A DNA stretch of 64,000 nucleotides, from NCBI GenBank assembly GCA_028534125.1, contig CM052816.1:36830001-36894000 (forward strand), in the 5' to 3' direction. The notes beneath the pieces were generated by a model. It ran no database searches. It saw only the letters and a program-made list of their open reading frames with translations, and was not told where the DNA came from. Below are positions 13,455-27,087 of this stretch, piece by piece. Within the stretch, counting starts at the first letter, position 1, and every line of letters begins with the position of its first letter. The position numbers and the translations under genes were made by a program. Origin of the DNA: Lama glama. Lineage: Eukaryota.

Positions 13455-13838
13455 CATAAATTATGTATCCCCTAATATTCCTATGTTGAAACTTTTAACA
13501 CTCAATATGAGGATATTTGTAGATGGGGCCTTTGGGAGGTAATTAGGAGTAGGTTGGGTCATGAGTGTAGGTCCTCACAATGGAATTAATGGCCTTACAA
13601 AAAGAGGAAGAGCAATCTCTCTTTTTCTCTGTTTGCACCCACAAAATAAAGGTCATGTGAGGACATATTGAGAAAGTAGCCATCTGCAAGCTATGAAGAG
13701 AGCCCTCACAAGAAATCTAATCACCTTGCACCTTGATATCGCACTTCCATTTTCCAGAACTATTAAAAATAAAGTTCTGTTATTAGAGCTACCCAGTCTA
13801 TGTTAATTTTGTTGTAACAACCTTAACAGACCAATATA
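13455..13838 (+). mobile_element. MLT1A-type MaLR solo LTR
   Basis: GATGGGGCCTTTGGGAGGTAATTAGG, GGTCATGTGAGGACA, TTCCAGAACTATTAAAAATAAAGTTCTGTT; end ...AACAGACCAATATA. Confidence 0.85.
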
Positions 13839-16364
13839 AGTAGGTATTAAATTATATTAGAATGTATAAATAGCTAACTTCCAATGAAAATAAAACTTAG
13901 ATGTAAAACAAACATTATTAGAAGTGTAAAAATTACCAAAATGAAGTCTATAAAAATTTACTGATAAAATGAAAACCATAATCTTCAGATTTTTGTTGGA
14001 GACTCTTCTATCAACCTCTCAAGGAATGCGATTCCCTTCATATGCAGACAGTTTCACAAAAGAGGAAAAGAGAGAAATCAAAACATGGCAAGTACAGTTA
14101 AAAAAAATTAGGGCATATTTGTTTAGGAAGATAAATATAAAAAACAGAATTAAATATTAATCAAATTAATAAGCTATATGTAAGAGAAAAAAATCACACA
14201 AAGTAATTTTTATTAACAGAAAAACATTGATATTAAATAGTCTTTAAAGTAATTAGTCACATTAACCGATCCAGGGTAAAACACAAATAGTTATCTCAAC
14301 AGATCAAGAACAATATATTTGCTAAAATTCATATTTGACAGAAATTTTAGTAAAAGAGAGAGAAACTTGTTAAATCTATTAAGATTATTCATATAAAACT
14401 TGTAAGAACTTCATACTTAATAGTAGTATCATTCATTTTGAAGGCAAGAAAAACAGAAAAGAAAGCTATCATTGCTGTAATTCAGAACATTATAATTGGC
14501 TTCAGCCAGTAAAACAGTGATAGAAATGACATATAAAAGGCATTTAGAAATTGGAACAGCAACAACAAAAAAAAACATGTCTTTGCGGGTATTATGGTTA
14601 TAGAGAATTCAGAATATCCCACAGGAAAAAAAAATATAAAGACAGAGCTCAGCATGATTGTTGGATATATCATGCAACAGTCAAAACATACCTATTAAAA
14701 AAAGTCAACAATGTACTATTTAAGAACCTCATTCATAATATTAAAAAAAAAACTGTAAGGTATTTCAGTATAGCAGCATGTACTAGCACTTTATGGAGAC
14801 TATCATAACATTTACTTTAGTACTTATACAAATATTATTTAACAAAAAAAATCTTTAAATTGAGGTACGTCCTATAGGCATATATGGGGAAAATGAATGT
14901 ATTAACCATGTCGGTTCTTCCTCAAATTAATTTATAAGTTCTTTGCAATTCTAATCAAATTCTCAGTAGGATTTTTCTTCCCCAGAGCTAGAGAATCTGA
15001 TCTAGTAGTTCCTTTGGATGAATAAAAAGTCAAATACATATGGACAATTTTGAAGAGAAAATTGTATTTATGTGGGGAGCAGAGAGGAACACTTGGACTG
15101 CCAGATATGTAGACTTAGTATAAAAATTTATTAACAGCAATCAGATGGTATTTGTAAAGGGATTCAAGAATTGAATGTAATTGATAGCTCAGAAGGAGAT
15201 CCAAATCATATAGAAACTTGATATATGACAGAAATAGCATTGTGTTTTTATAAGGAATGGATAAGCTAGTCTTGTCAATAAACATCATCGGTACCTTTGG
15301 CTACACATACAAACAAACAGTTTCTATGTTACACAATACTCCAAAGCAAATTCCAAATGAATTAATAAAATAAATGTAAAAAGCAAAACTTTAAAACTTT
15401 TAGAACACAATGTAGGAGTAAACAGCAAACTATTAGTGTTTAAACTATAAGAGTCTCTCCCATATTACTTGAAAAGATGATGAACAATCTAATTAAAAGC
15501 TGGAAAATGTAGGAAACCTGAATGGTTATTATATAGCTATGAATATATAATTCTTTAGTATGAAATAAAATTTATTTTTGTTTAAAGTTGTGTTTCCAAC
15601 TTTATACAGTTTCTGCTAGCCTAAGGCCCATACTTTGACTAACAAGGTCTAAAGAATATAGAATTGTACAAAAGGGTGCCTGTAATTCTTGTTGATAATT
15701 GATAAAGTGGAAGTTTCATGAAAAACAAATCAGAGAAATGAGGACTTCTGCAGTCAAAATTGAAATGCTTTTTAGCTATTAAAATGAATAAACCAAATTT
15801 AAATCTATTAACCTAAATATGTTAGGAAAAAGTGATGTTAATTTTTAAATATTCCAAGAAAATGTTTACACTATAATAGAATGTTAAATTAAAACAAATC
15901 CTACTACTGATATGTGTACATGATTATTTATGTAGTATATAAATAAACAATTGAATTAAATATTTCAACCTAAATATAATTTCCTCTTGGATAGGAAGAA
16001 AGGATAAGACATAGGTGGAGTAGGTTTTACCTAGAATTCTCTAAGTATTTAATGATGAAAAGTATAAGACAATTATTATTTTTATTAGTTATAAATATTG
16101 ATATTTATAAAATATTATGTTATAAAATATTGATGTTTAAAAGATCTAGGTGATATGTACATAGGTTCATGGTATATTATCTTCTGCATATATGAAACAT
16201 TTCATAATTAAAATAGTTTTAAAATATAGTCAACTTATCAGTATCAATTTTTTCAGTAGAAAAATAAATATTTCTTGCCAAAATAATTTTTTAGATGTCA
16301 TGGCATTTCCTTATGTATTACCTAATTATTATTCTTTCATCAATTGAGAATCAAATCAAAAACC

Positions 16365-17276
16365 TTTTTTTCTTCCAGTTTGATTGAGATAATATTGACG
16401 TATATCACTGTATAAGTTTAAGGTGTACAGCGTAAAGATCTGATTTACATATAGTGTGACAGAATTATCACAAGTTTAGTGAACATCCATCATCTTATAC
16501 AAATACAAACTTAAAGACAGAAAGTTTTTTTTCTTTGTGATGAGAATTCTTTGGATTTTTTCTTAACAACGTTCATATACAACATACAGCATTGTTAATT
16601 ATATTTATCATGTTATATCTTACATCCCTAGTACTTATTTACCTTATAACTGGATGTTTGCACCTTTTGACAGCCTTCATCTCATTCTACTTTTCTCCAC
16701 TCCTCGCCTATGCTAACCACAGATCTGATCTCTTTTTCTGAGTTTGTTTGTTTGTTTGTTTTTGAAGTTTAATTGACCTAGAACACTAAGTTGGTTCTTG
16801 TTACACAGCATAGTGATTTGATACTTCAGTACATTTCAAAATGATCACCACAGTAAGTCTAGTTACAATATGTCACCAAAAAGATATTACAGAGTTATTG
16901 ACTATATTCCCCACACTGTGCTTTTTATAGCTAACTCATTTATTTTCAGCTAGAAGTCTGTACCTCTTAATCTCCCTCAGTTGTTTCTTTCCTCCCTCAA
17001 TGCCCCTCCCCCTAACACATTTGTTCTCTGTATCTATAACTCAGTTTCTGTTTTGTTATCTTTGTTCACCTGTATCTGTAACTCTTTCTGTTTTGTTATC
17101 TTCGTATTATTTGTCTTATTTTTGTAGATTCCACATTCAAGTGAAATAATGTAATATTTGTCATTCTCTGATTTATTTCACTTAACAACCTGGTCCATCC
17201 ATATTGTCACAGATGGCAAGATTTCGTTCTTTTATATTTTTTATATATATATATATATAAAATATATATATATATG

Positions 17277-17313
<37 letters not shown>

Positions 17314-17485
17314 ATCACATGTTCTTTATCCATTCATCTATTGATGAGCATTTAGTTTGCTTCCATATCTTGGCTATTGTGAATAATGCTGCAATGAACA
17401 GAGAGGTGCATATATCTTTTCTAATTAATGTTTTTATTTGAATAAATAAATACCAGGAGTTGAATAGTTGAATCATATATTATAT
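16365..17485 (-). mobile_element. L1 3' end (L1MA9/10-like, laurasiatherian type) with an internal microsatellite
   Basis: T-rich tail, then GAGATAATATTGACGTATATCACTGTATAAGTTTAAGGTGTACAGC; later TTCCATATCTTGGCTATTGTGAATAATGCTGCAATGAACA. Confidence 0.88.
17242..17314. repeat. Compound (TA)n(CA)n microsatellite
   Basis: Directly visible. Confidence 0.95.
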
Positions 17486-17529
17486 TAAATAGACTTTATA
17501 TATATTCCAAATAATATTATTTCTCTTTC

Positions 17530-17812
17530 CAGTGATTATTCAAAGACTGAGAATATGACTAATTTCTGAGCATTGATAAACAATTATAGGTCTGCCAGAA
17601 GTTCTACTGGCAAACTAGAAGAGATAGTCCCTTTTCTCCCTCTGGATATTGTATTGTCTAGATGAGACATCTGAAATTGTTGCAACCGAAGTTCAAATAT
17701 GATAGGAGCTGGCCTGAATTAAGCCTTTTAGAGTATTTCATATTTCCATACTTTTTAAGCTAATCTAGGCTAGATTTTTCTGTTACTTGGGGCCAAAATC
17801 ACCTTAACTTAT
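17530..17812 (+). mobile_element. Old MLT1 (J/K/L-like) LTR fragment
   Basis: TTTAAGCTAATCTAGGCTAGATTTTTCTGTTACTTG...CCTTAACT 3' end pattern. Confidence 0.5.
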
Positions 17813-18627
17813 ATATACTTTAATCTCTTTATGTAGAAATTGTGACAAAATAGGTAACTTGCCAACTACTAAATCCACTGCATTTCAGTTGACAAGGTAA
17901 TTTAAAACTTGAACATTAAACACCAGAATAATATAGTATATTCAGTGAAATCTAATATCTTGGTAAAGCCTCTTCAAAGACCTAGTTTGAATTCAACTAA
18001 TGACACTTAATTGCAGATTTTTTTTTTTTGGCTAGTTTCGGTCAATTGAAGGCATTATTAATGTGGATTGCAAATGGATCTGAATTTAAAAAAGCATTCA
18101 TTCCAATCCTATTCTTATAATACTAATAGAGTATAGACCATTCTTTGTTAACTATTGAAAATACTTCTCAACCATATCTGATAAATTGTGTAGACTGACA
18201 GAAATCTCTTTGTGGAACAGAATATTGCCTTATCAGATTGCTCACATTTTGTTCTTTTTCCAAATTAGGAAAATTTATAGAAGAATTACCTAAGAGACTG
18301 TGCCACTAAATACCCATTTATTTTCTTTTACATATTGCCTAAAAAAGAATATTAACTGCTTGATTTTTATGAAAAAAATAGTATAATCCAGTTCTTACTG
18401 TCTTTTGCTACAGATATGTGCTAAATATTAAAATGACAAAACAACAGCACAATAACAAACTTAAACATTTTTTAAAACCTCAGTGATCTGTTTAAAGGTC
18501 TAATAATTACATAGTTATTTCTATGAATTATATCTGTCTTAATTTACATAATTGTGACACATTTTTAGTTAACTGTAGATTTCCAGTGGCCAGTGTGGAA
18601 TGGGAGCTCCCAATTGTTTGTATTTCA

Positions 18628-18805
18628 TTCTTTTTTTTTCTTTTTAAACAACTTTATTGTGTTTAATTGTGGTATAATTTATTTTTTATTGTGGTATAAT
18701 TCCTGTATGGTAAACTAAATATAGTTCAGGTGCACAATTTGATGAATTTTGATAGATGTATGCACTTATGAAACCACCACCACAATCAAGATACTTGATA
18801 TTTCA
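18628..18805 (-). mobile_element. L1M 3' end fragment
   Basis: ACAACTTTATTG...GGTGCACAATTTGATGAATTTTGA...ACCACCACCACAATCAAGATA. Confidence 0.8.
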
Positions 18806-21194
18806 TGATATTCTGTATCTTACCTGGGAGGTTTACTTTTATTTTCTAGTGTGCTGCTCAGATAATAATAATTAAAAAATTAACTTAATTCAAGATTCTA
18901 ATGACTATATAAAGGAATGAGCAACTAAAACTTGGAGTTCATGTTCAGGGTTCCCCAAATGTTGGGGCTGCATCATAGAAGATCAGGTTCTTTCACTGGA
19001 GAACAACCAAATGTCCTTTGATTCTTGTATTGTCTCTTAGGTCACATTGCCCAGGGAAGAACACTGTAATCTCCTACCTGTGTGAGAAGTTGGTGAGGGA
19101 AGTTATGGGTTAGTTTTAGCCTGATTCTCAGAATTTGTGGGATTTGAGCAAAAGAAATGGGCTAGGGTTCTCACAACTCAGTTTGTCTATTCTCACCAAA
19201 TCTTTTCAAAATAGGTCCAGTATCCACCCTCCCCTCTGCCTCCCACATCAGATGGAATGAGGGAGGCCACTTTCCTCCCTACATAGTCTGGGTTAGGCAA
19301 CCTAACTTCCTCTCTAGCTTCCTCTGACACAAACTTCTAACTAATCTTCCTATGTTCAGCCAATCCCTATAGTCTGTCCTACCGCAATACCAGGGACCTC
19401 AAATTCCTGAGAATGTCTGTCTGATGTTTTGTGACATTGTCTTCTTTGTATTAGAATGCCTCTATATTTACCCTGCCACAATCAGCCTTAGATGTTCTCC
19501 AATCTGAAATGTAGTTTACTATGTGTCTTTCATTTGTTTCAGTTCTAGTCTAATATTTTGTTCTCATTGTCCTTGTGGTTCTATAACTTTTTAAATTGTT
19601 TCTGTGGGTTATCAGAAAGGAATAAAAATAAATACAGTGCATCATACTTCCATATGATAAATATAGATACTCTCTAAAACACGCCATTACCATATTTGCC
19701 AAACATTCTTACAGTTGCATTATGTATTATTTTATACTTTATAATAATTATGGAAAAGAAAGGTAAGTAAATGGGATACAATTAAAACTTACAGCATTTG
19801 GCACTTCACAAGGCTAATTTTAGTTATATATTTACCAATTTCCTTTGTGAAATAAATCTTCCCTTTAACAAATTTTAGTAATATTCAGTGGTATATATTA
19901 AAAACAAAACAATATAACTGATTCTATTAGTATTGAATAAACAGGCAGTAGCATAATAAATGCATTTTGCTACTCTCTGAAAAGATAAAAGTTTAACAAC
20001 TTCCCTTAACAGTGCACAGATGATATGTTGTTACAGTAGATCTGTTTTGAAAACTGATAAAATGTACCTATAAAACCTACAATCTTGTCTTCACTCATTA
20101 ACTGATACTTGTGCTACATCATAATGTCTGAAAGCTGGGATATTCTGAAGTTAATGAATAGTCACATGTTTTGCTAATGAAATAAACACCTATTAGATCA
20201 GAAGACCAAGAATCCTTGGCATAACGTGCCCAAGAAAAACTGAAACTAATCTTGCTTTCTAGTCATTTCAAACAAAGGAATCTGTAAGAAAAATTGAAAA
20301 CAATACTTCCTTACATCACAACCAAAATTCTGAATAGTCTTTTATGCCTCTTTCACATCATACTAATTGCTGGGCATTTTCAGAGCTCTTTAGCATGGGT
20401 AGTTTTAGTATTATTCTATGCAACATGATAGACTTTAGTAACCCTGTGTGTGCTTAATAGTGGAATTTCTGGCAGCATAACAAATGAAAGTTTGTGACTC
20501 AGAACTCTGTAAGTTTTTCATAACACATGCAATTGAGAATCATTTTTCAGTTGTTATCAGATTTCCATGAAAATCAACATTACTTAGGCATTAAACATTT
20601 TTCTTGGACATTTTTTATTTGGAAGTTCAACTAAAAGTCTCCTATTTAGCTTACCATTCAAATTTTGGACACACGAAAGAATGGCTTGAAAGAATGGCCC
20701 TAACACCATTCATTGTGATTTAATGAGAGTGTTAAATATATTGACTGTGTTGAGCCATACTGGACATTGTAAACTTTTGTTCCTAAGTCAATCAGATTGC
20801 TACGCTTAGGAAAAAGCTGTAGTTTATTAACTTTTATGCAGAGTGGTTTACACTTTAATTCAAATATGTCTGAAAAACTGATAGGAGAGGTGGAGAGGAA
20901 TGATATGAAGCTTGTATTTTCCATTCTAACCTATTTATACCCTAAAACCTGTAACAAAACAATAGAGAAGTCAGTGTGTTGTTTATGCCAAATAGTAATG
21001 CTCTGGACAGAGACAGAATCGTGGGCTAGTATCTAAGAGTCACAGATATACATGAAGGACACCTTAAGAGCTCTGGATAATTTGTATGTCCCTCTTTTGT
21101 AGATTACCTGTGTTCTGCTTTCTCTTAAGTGATCAGGGACTACACATCCTTAGCCTTAGCTTACATTACAAAATATGAGACATTGACACAGTGG

Positions 21195-21688
21195 TGTTGA
21201 AAGACAGTTTTCCATGGGTCTCCTGCATTTCTGCATGTCTTGTGACCAGAAGCACTGACTATGTTCTGGAATTTTTTTTTAAATAATTTGTATACAGTGA
21301 AGAGCCTTGGAAAACAGAAATATTGTCATCTTTTAAAGCAAAAGGCAGGTTTGCTTACAACCTTGGAAGCTAGACATAATTTCACTCCCCAGAGAGTTCA
21401 CTTGATATTCTCTGGAGCAAAGACAAGACGTGCTTGCTGTCCATAGTAATCCACTGCATGTACAAATATCATTTGGTCTTCTTTACATTTCCCTGGGGAA
21501 TTTGGGCTTGAGGAAACAGCGCAGCAAAATGCTGATACTCTGACTACTACTATTACTGTGAGTAATAAACCATTTTTGTCTCTGACCCAGGTGTCTTGCA
21601 TCTTCTGCCAGTGTGTATGAAACTATCATAGATTAATTTATTGGCTTGCAATCCCAGTACAAACTCAGACTCTACACAGTTTTTGACA
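21195..21688 (+). mobile_element. Solo ERV LTR (eutherian MER-type; exact subfamily not assigned)
   Basis: TG...CA termini (TGTTGAAAGACAGTTTTCCATGGGTCTC ... CAGTTTTTGACA); AATAAA at ~21564; homologous to the reverse complement of 51436-51921. Confidence 0.8.
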
Positions 21689-22859
21689 GAAGGAAACCTC
21701 CTTTTATCTTGCTTCAAATTCCCTTAGTAATATTTTCTCAGTTTTTGCAAGACATGGCAATGTATCTTGCTACTTCACTTGTTTGGAAATATTGAAAGAG
21801 ATCTTATTTATTTTATGTATAAGAAAACTATAATGTCTAAAGGTAAATAATCTCTTTTTTCTCTTTTTTAAAAAATAATCTCTTGATTTAAGACAGCACT
21901 AACTTTAGTAAAGATAGAGTTAGTCAATGAAAGTAAAAATTATATTCATGAAACATTGTTTCGTAAAAAAATTGCATTTCACTTTTCAAGTATGTGAAAA
22001 CTCAGAATTCATTTATACATATTTTTTTCCTTTGACCTTAGCGCCATTTGGTGTCAAAAGTGCATTACCACCCAATGCTAGAATTCACACTTTCTCAGTA
22101 GGAGCATTTAAGCATGAGGAAATACAGGTCAACCCAATTTCAATATGGTTTGTGTCAGCTCTATAGATCTAGTCAGATTCTAGCCTGTCTCATCACAGGA
22201 ATTCTATTTCAGCTTTATACTTGATAAAGGGACATTCATGCCAGTGTGAAATGTTCTTCTTTTTGTTTCTAACAGAATTAAAGGCATTTAAAACATGCTG
22301 TGAATGCAAGTGACACTAATTTGATTGCTAGTTCTGATATGTGCTTTGGTGAATATTTGTTTATTACCTGCATTTAATGACTGCGAATGTGTAGAAAAGT
22401 CACATAAGTCAGTGCCTTCCTGTCTTGGGAACTAGTGAATGAATCTGGTATCTAGCCTTGGGTATTAATATCTGGCAAATAACTTTGTCTTATATTCTAG
22501 TTTGAATTTATTATTTTGCTATAAATCATTATATGTTTCTTTAATTTTATAATAAATATTTTTCAAACTTTGGGATATTAGATTAAGTCTGTATCATAAA
22601 AGCCAAGGCTATTTATTTAAGAAACTACAATGTTCCTCTCTGTTGAACAGGCAAGTTTCAAGAAGTATATGCCTGTATTTATATGGAAAAAATAGACCTC
22701 ATGGTGCCATCAATATCATAGATGCTTGTCAAAATAACAAAAGTAATCTGGATACTCATTTGTTAGCTTATTGATTTTTGGGCAAATGATGTACTACAAA
22801 GTTTATTTTCAATCTTTATACCATTTGTTTTTGCCAAGTGTTATACACTTATTTGTAGG

Positions 22860-22995
22860 ATTATAGTCAATGCTGTATAATTTCTACATTTTACAGTTAA
22901 GGAAATGAAGGCATAGAGGATGATGACTTCTTGGTTCATAAGAACAATTAACAGGGGACCTAATACTACAATTCTGATTCAGAATACTATTTCAA
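22860..22995 (-). mobile_element. MIR SINE
   Basis: CATTTTACAGTTAAGGAAATGAAGGCATAGAG is the antisense MIR core. Confidence 0.7.
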
Positions 22996-23339
22996 TGGCA
23001 TCAGAATTACCACAGAAATTGCAGATATATATGTATGTATATACATATATGTGTATATATAAATATATTCATATTTACACGCACTTAGTTACATATTACT
23101 TGGTCTGATTCCAGGAGATTCTGTAATAGCAGGCAAAGAATCAGAGTCAGGTGATTTAACCAGGTCATGGGAAAAGAAAAATACCTCAAATAGGAATGGA
23201 TGCCTCAAACAAGCAATGCCATGGGAAAGTGTGTGAATGAGGTGGGAACTTTGTTGACTGTCATTTTTGTGAGCAATCTAAAGATACATGGGAAAGTTCT
23301 CTCAGAATTGAGACACTTACTGTATCAGGCTTATACTGA

Positions 23340-23885
23340 TGTGCTTCATTCAATAATTGTATTTTGAAGTGTACACTGTCTTCCAGGCATAGATAGGGCA
23401 ACAAGTAAAAAATAGACTCAGTATCCAGTGGGGGATACTTTTAAAAACAATTATATTAATAATTATATAGCTGTAAGAAAGATACTCTGAAGGACAGATG
23501 AGAGTATAAAGCAAAAGAAGTGACCTAATGGCAGAATGCAGTCAAACTTTCTGAGGATGCATTGACAATCTAAGGTCTACAGGGTAAGTGGGAGAGCAGT
23601 TAAAGGTTTTGAAAAAGTTCCTCTGGTGAAACTACTCTTGTCATATTTAAGGAACAAGAGTCATTCAATGTAGAAAGAGTGTGAATAAATTATGGATAAA
23701 GAAGGGAAAGCACCAATAGGATGAATACCCAGACAAAAGGGATTAAGAGGAGCAACAGAAAGACAAGATGGATATCATTGATTTATTTAGAGAATGTGTA
23801 TTGAACCATGGGTATGTTTGTGCCATGTTCTTTGCTTAAAATTCTGGAATGTAAAAACATTAATAGAGTTCACAACCTAATTCAG
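23340..23885 (-). mobile_element. L2 3' fragments
   Basis: Purine-rich antisense L2 pattern; ATTTATTTAGAGAATGTGTATTGAAC...GTGCCATG. Confidence 0.45.
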
Positions 23886-26354
23886 AACTAAATTTGCCAA
23901 CGTGGCTATAAGAAACAATTATTGTCTATTTGGGTTTGATAGTTTGATAAAATGTTAAATGACTTTGAAAGAAAATTAAATAATAAGGTAGCATATAAAA
24001 AGTATTAAAACTTCAGTTCACTTTTGCTGGGTGGCTAGAGATTACTCTTTTGTCCTTAAGCATTCAATATCCTGTGCATCAATATATCAATGAGCAGCAG
24101 AATGGCAAATACCGGTTAAAATGGGGACTTGCTTACAAGGAGGGTGGGAAAGAGAACTTTCGTTATACTTAAATTTCCTTTTCCAGACACTTATATTGCT
24201 AACAATGCAGCTACAGTTAACTGTGTTCAGTTGTCACTGCAAATTGGCAAACAGCACTTGCCTGCCTTCTAATCATTCAATAAATTCTTTAATGTTCAAG
24301 CACAGCTGACAGTTTAGTTGAATAGTTAACGTCAAAAATTTCTTCAATTATCTCCAACCGTATGTACAGGACAGTTAGATTACAAACAGGAAACGAATGT
24401 TTGCATCTTTGTTTGCACCTATTTTTACAAATACTTAAAATGAGTGGTAGATTACCTAGGTTGCTGGCTGAAATTTGGAAATGTAAATGCATTTTTCTAA
24501 ATGGATCTGCACTCTTTCAAGTGCTTAAGTCAGTAGGTTATGGTGAGGTTTTTCACTTACTGTTCAAATCTGTAAGGCTTATTCCCTGGACAGTTTACCA
24601 AAGGTCAAGATTTTACTTTTGCCAATAAAAACAATAAAACTACATTTCATGTACTTTGTGTACATGTAGTCTTACTCCATACTTTACAGACATGACCTGC
24701 ATAATTCTCTCTATAGAAAGAGATTATAAAGTGACTGTTGTACAGTTTTTATTCTTTCACCCTTTCTAATCTTTTCCCTCTCTGCCTTTCTTCATGAATA
24801 ACCCATTTTTTAATCAAATAAGTCATTGACGTTGACAATCCACTGAATTATATAATCACCTAGTTTCCTAACATAATTTAATTCAAACTATTGTTTTTAA
24901 CTTTCCACTTCAGATTAAAGGAACTTCAAAGGAGAGGAGAAACTTGTTATATTAATAGATCAAAGTACAGTAGAAAACATGCACACTCTGGAAGAAAATA
25001 ATTTTGAAGTCTTATGTTGAGGGTAGGATGCTTAGATACCCTACAGCTCACAGATTTTGTATTTTCTTTTTTTCTGTAGGAAATGCAGAGTAGGAGATCC
25101 GATAAGGCTTTTAATTTGTACCTTGTATCTGGGGAAGTGCTCTCTAATACCTCTCTTGCTATACAATCTGAACTCAGCATTGAATGCCCTTTGCAGAATG
25201 CAGGTTTCTTTGTGTAGTCTTAAAAATGCAGTTTTAAATAGTAACGTGGCTTTTTAGATTTGTTTTATCTAAGATATCATTACCAAATATGAGTAGAATT
25301 TCAATAACAACCTAAAACATGAAGTAATTAGATATAATTTTTTTGTTGTTGGCAGTTTATCTTTCTGCTTTATTTAAGTGAACACATCCTACCTAACGAA
25401 TTAAATACAATTTGTAACATGCTGGTTCATTTTCCAAGGTTAGAGGTGAATGCTCAATGATTTCCACCAGTTAATATAAACATTGACCTGACCCAATGCA
25501 TAGATCCCCACGTGTCATAAATTGCCACAGATTTATCACTCTGGCCAAGGTTTTGCTCCCAGCATCTGACTAAAAAGCATAGGCCAATATCTGCTTTTAT
25601 CTACTCATTTTGATTTTCTCTTCACTGGCAGTGTACTTATGACTCCCTGCTGTTAACATGCTTTCTAGCATTCACTGTCTTGGTTTTCCTCTCAGTATGG
25701 TACCACAGTCCAACTGCATGATAGACTTCCCTATACAAAGATAATCCACGTCTTCACCATTACTCAACCATCCTGAACATGGTTTCTATAATGTTTGGTA
25801 TAATAGAGAGGAAAGCAATCACCAGCAACTTTAGGATTTTTCAGGTTGGTATAGAATACTAATCGAATGCGCCATGTGCTTCTGTGAGCTAGGATTTTTT
25901 CCTGAAATCTATGCAAGGCACTAAAGTTTAGGTTTGAATGATGATGTCATCTAGCAGAATAGTCTTCTGGAGAAATTAATGGAACAGAGTCATTATTATT
26001 GAGTCATTCAAATCCACATGGGCCCTCCTCTCACTAGAGCACTTATTAAAACAAATGACTTGGCTTCCTAAGGATCAGGCTGAATTCATTCCTCCCTTAA
26101 GTAAAGAGAAGGAGATTGACATGCTAAGGAGATAGGATATTTGGGTATAAATGATAGCATATTAGGCTAATTTATTAATATTTTAATTTTCATTAAACAG
26201 AGAAAGAAAATAGTTGAGAGTGATTGCAAAATAATGTGTAGACAGATTGTTTCCGTCTATATTCACCAAAAATATGTATTATTTTCTGTATAATGTAACT
26301 CTGTGCCATTGATGAAGTTTCTCTTTTTGCGATTGCTATTGCTTAATCACTATA

Positions 26355-27087
26355 TTTTATTATTTTTATTTTTATTAAAATATAGTTGATTTATAATATC
26401 TACCATATTGTATTAGCTTCAGGTGTACAGCAAAGTGATTCAGTTTTATATATGTGTATGTATGTATGTATATACACACATATTTAAGTTTTTTTCCAAA
26501 TTATTTTCCATTGTAGACTTTCTAATATATTTCCCTGTGCTATATAGTAAATCCTTGCAGTTTATCTATTTTATGTGTAGTAGTCTGTATCTGGTGGTCA
26601 CATACTTCTAATTTATCTTTCCCCCCTACTTCCCTGTCCCCTTGGGTAACCATAAATTTGTTTGTATGTCTGTGAGTCTGTTTCTATTTCATAATAGATT
26701 CATTTGTATTATTTTCCATATTACACATATAAATGATACATAATATTTGTTTTGCTCTGTCTGACTTTACTTCATTTAGTATGATATTCTCTAGAGCTAT
26801 CCATGTTGCTGAAAATGATGGTATTTTATTCTTTTTTATGGCTGAGTAATATTCTATTGCATATATATCACATCTTCATAAACCAATTGTCTGTGATGGA
26901 CACTCATGTTGTTTCCAGTCCTGCTGTGAACACTGGGGTGCATGTATCTTTTCAAAGTAGAGTTTTCATCTTTTCTGGTTATATGCCCAGGAGTGAGGTT
27001 ATTGGATCATATGATAACTCTATTTTAACTTTTAAAGGAACCTCCATACTGTTTTCCATAGTGACTGCACCAATTTACATTCCCTCC
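26355..27087 (-). mobile_element. Artiodactyl/camelid-type L1 3' end, 5'-truncated
   Basis: T-rich tail, TTCAGGTGTACAGCAAAGTGATTCAGTT, and TTTAAAGGAACCTCCATACTGTTTTCCATAGTGACTGCACCAATTTACATTCCC. Confidence 0.9.

Larger units (their letters stand above)
11270..16230 (+). mobile_element. Ancient, highly decayed long L1 (L1ME-like) with ORF1, ORF2 and 3'UTR relics, interrupted by nested elements
   Basis: Colinear relics: ORF1 C-terminal region ~11530-11700; [17 protein letters not shown] ~14290-14330; LSLFADD-like ~14575-14610; LPD..YYK-like ~15090-15125; 3'UTR ending CATTTCATAATTAAAA ~16215. Confidence 0.7.

Noticed and set aside
18840..19640. Possible exon-containing unique region
   Set aside because: No ORF or splice pattern. 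It more likely represents a decayed antisense L1/HAL1 5' region, as does 36080-36830, but I cannot assign it confidently.
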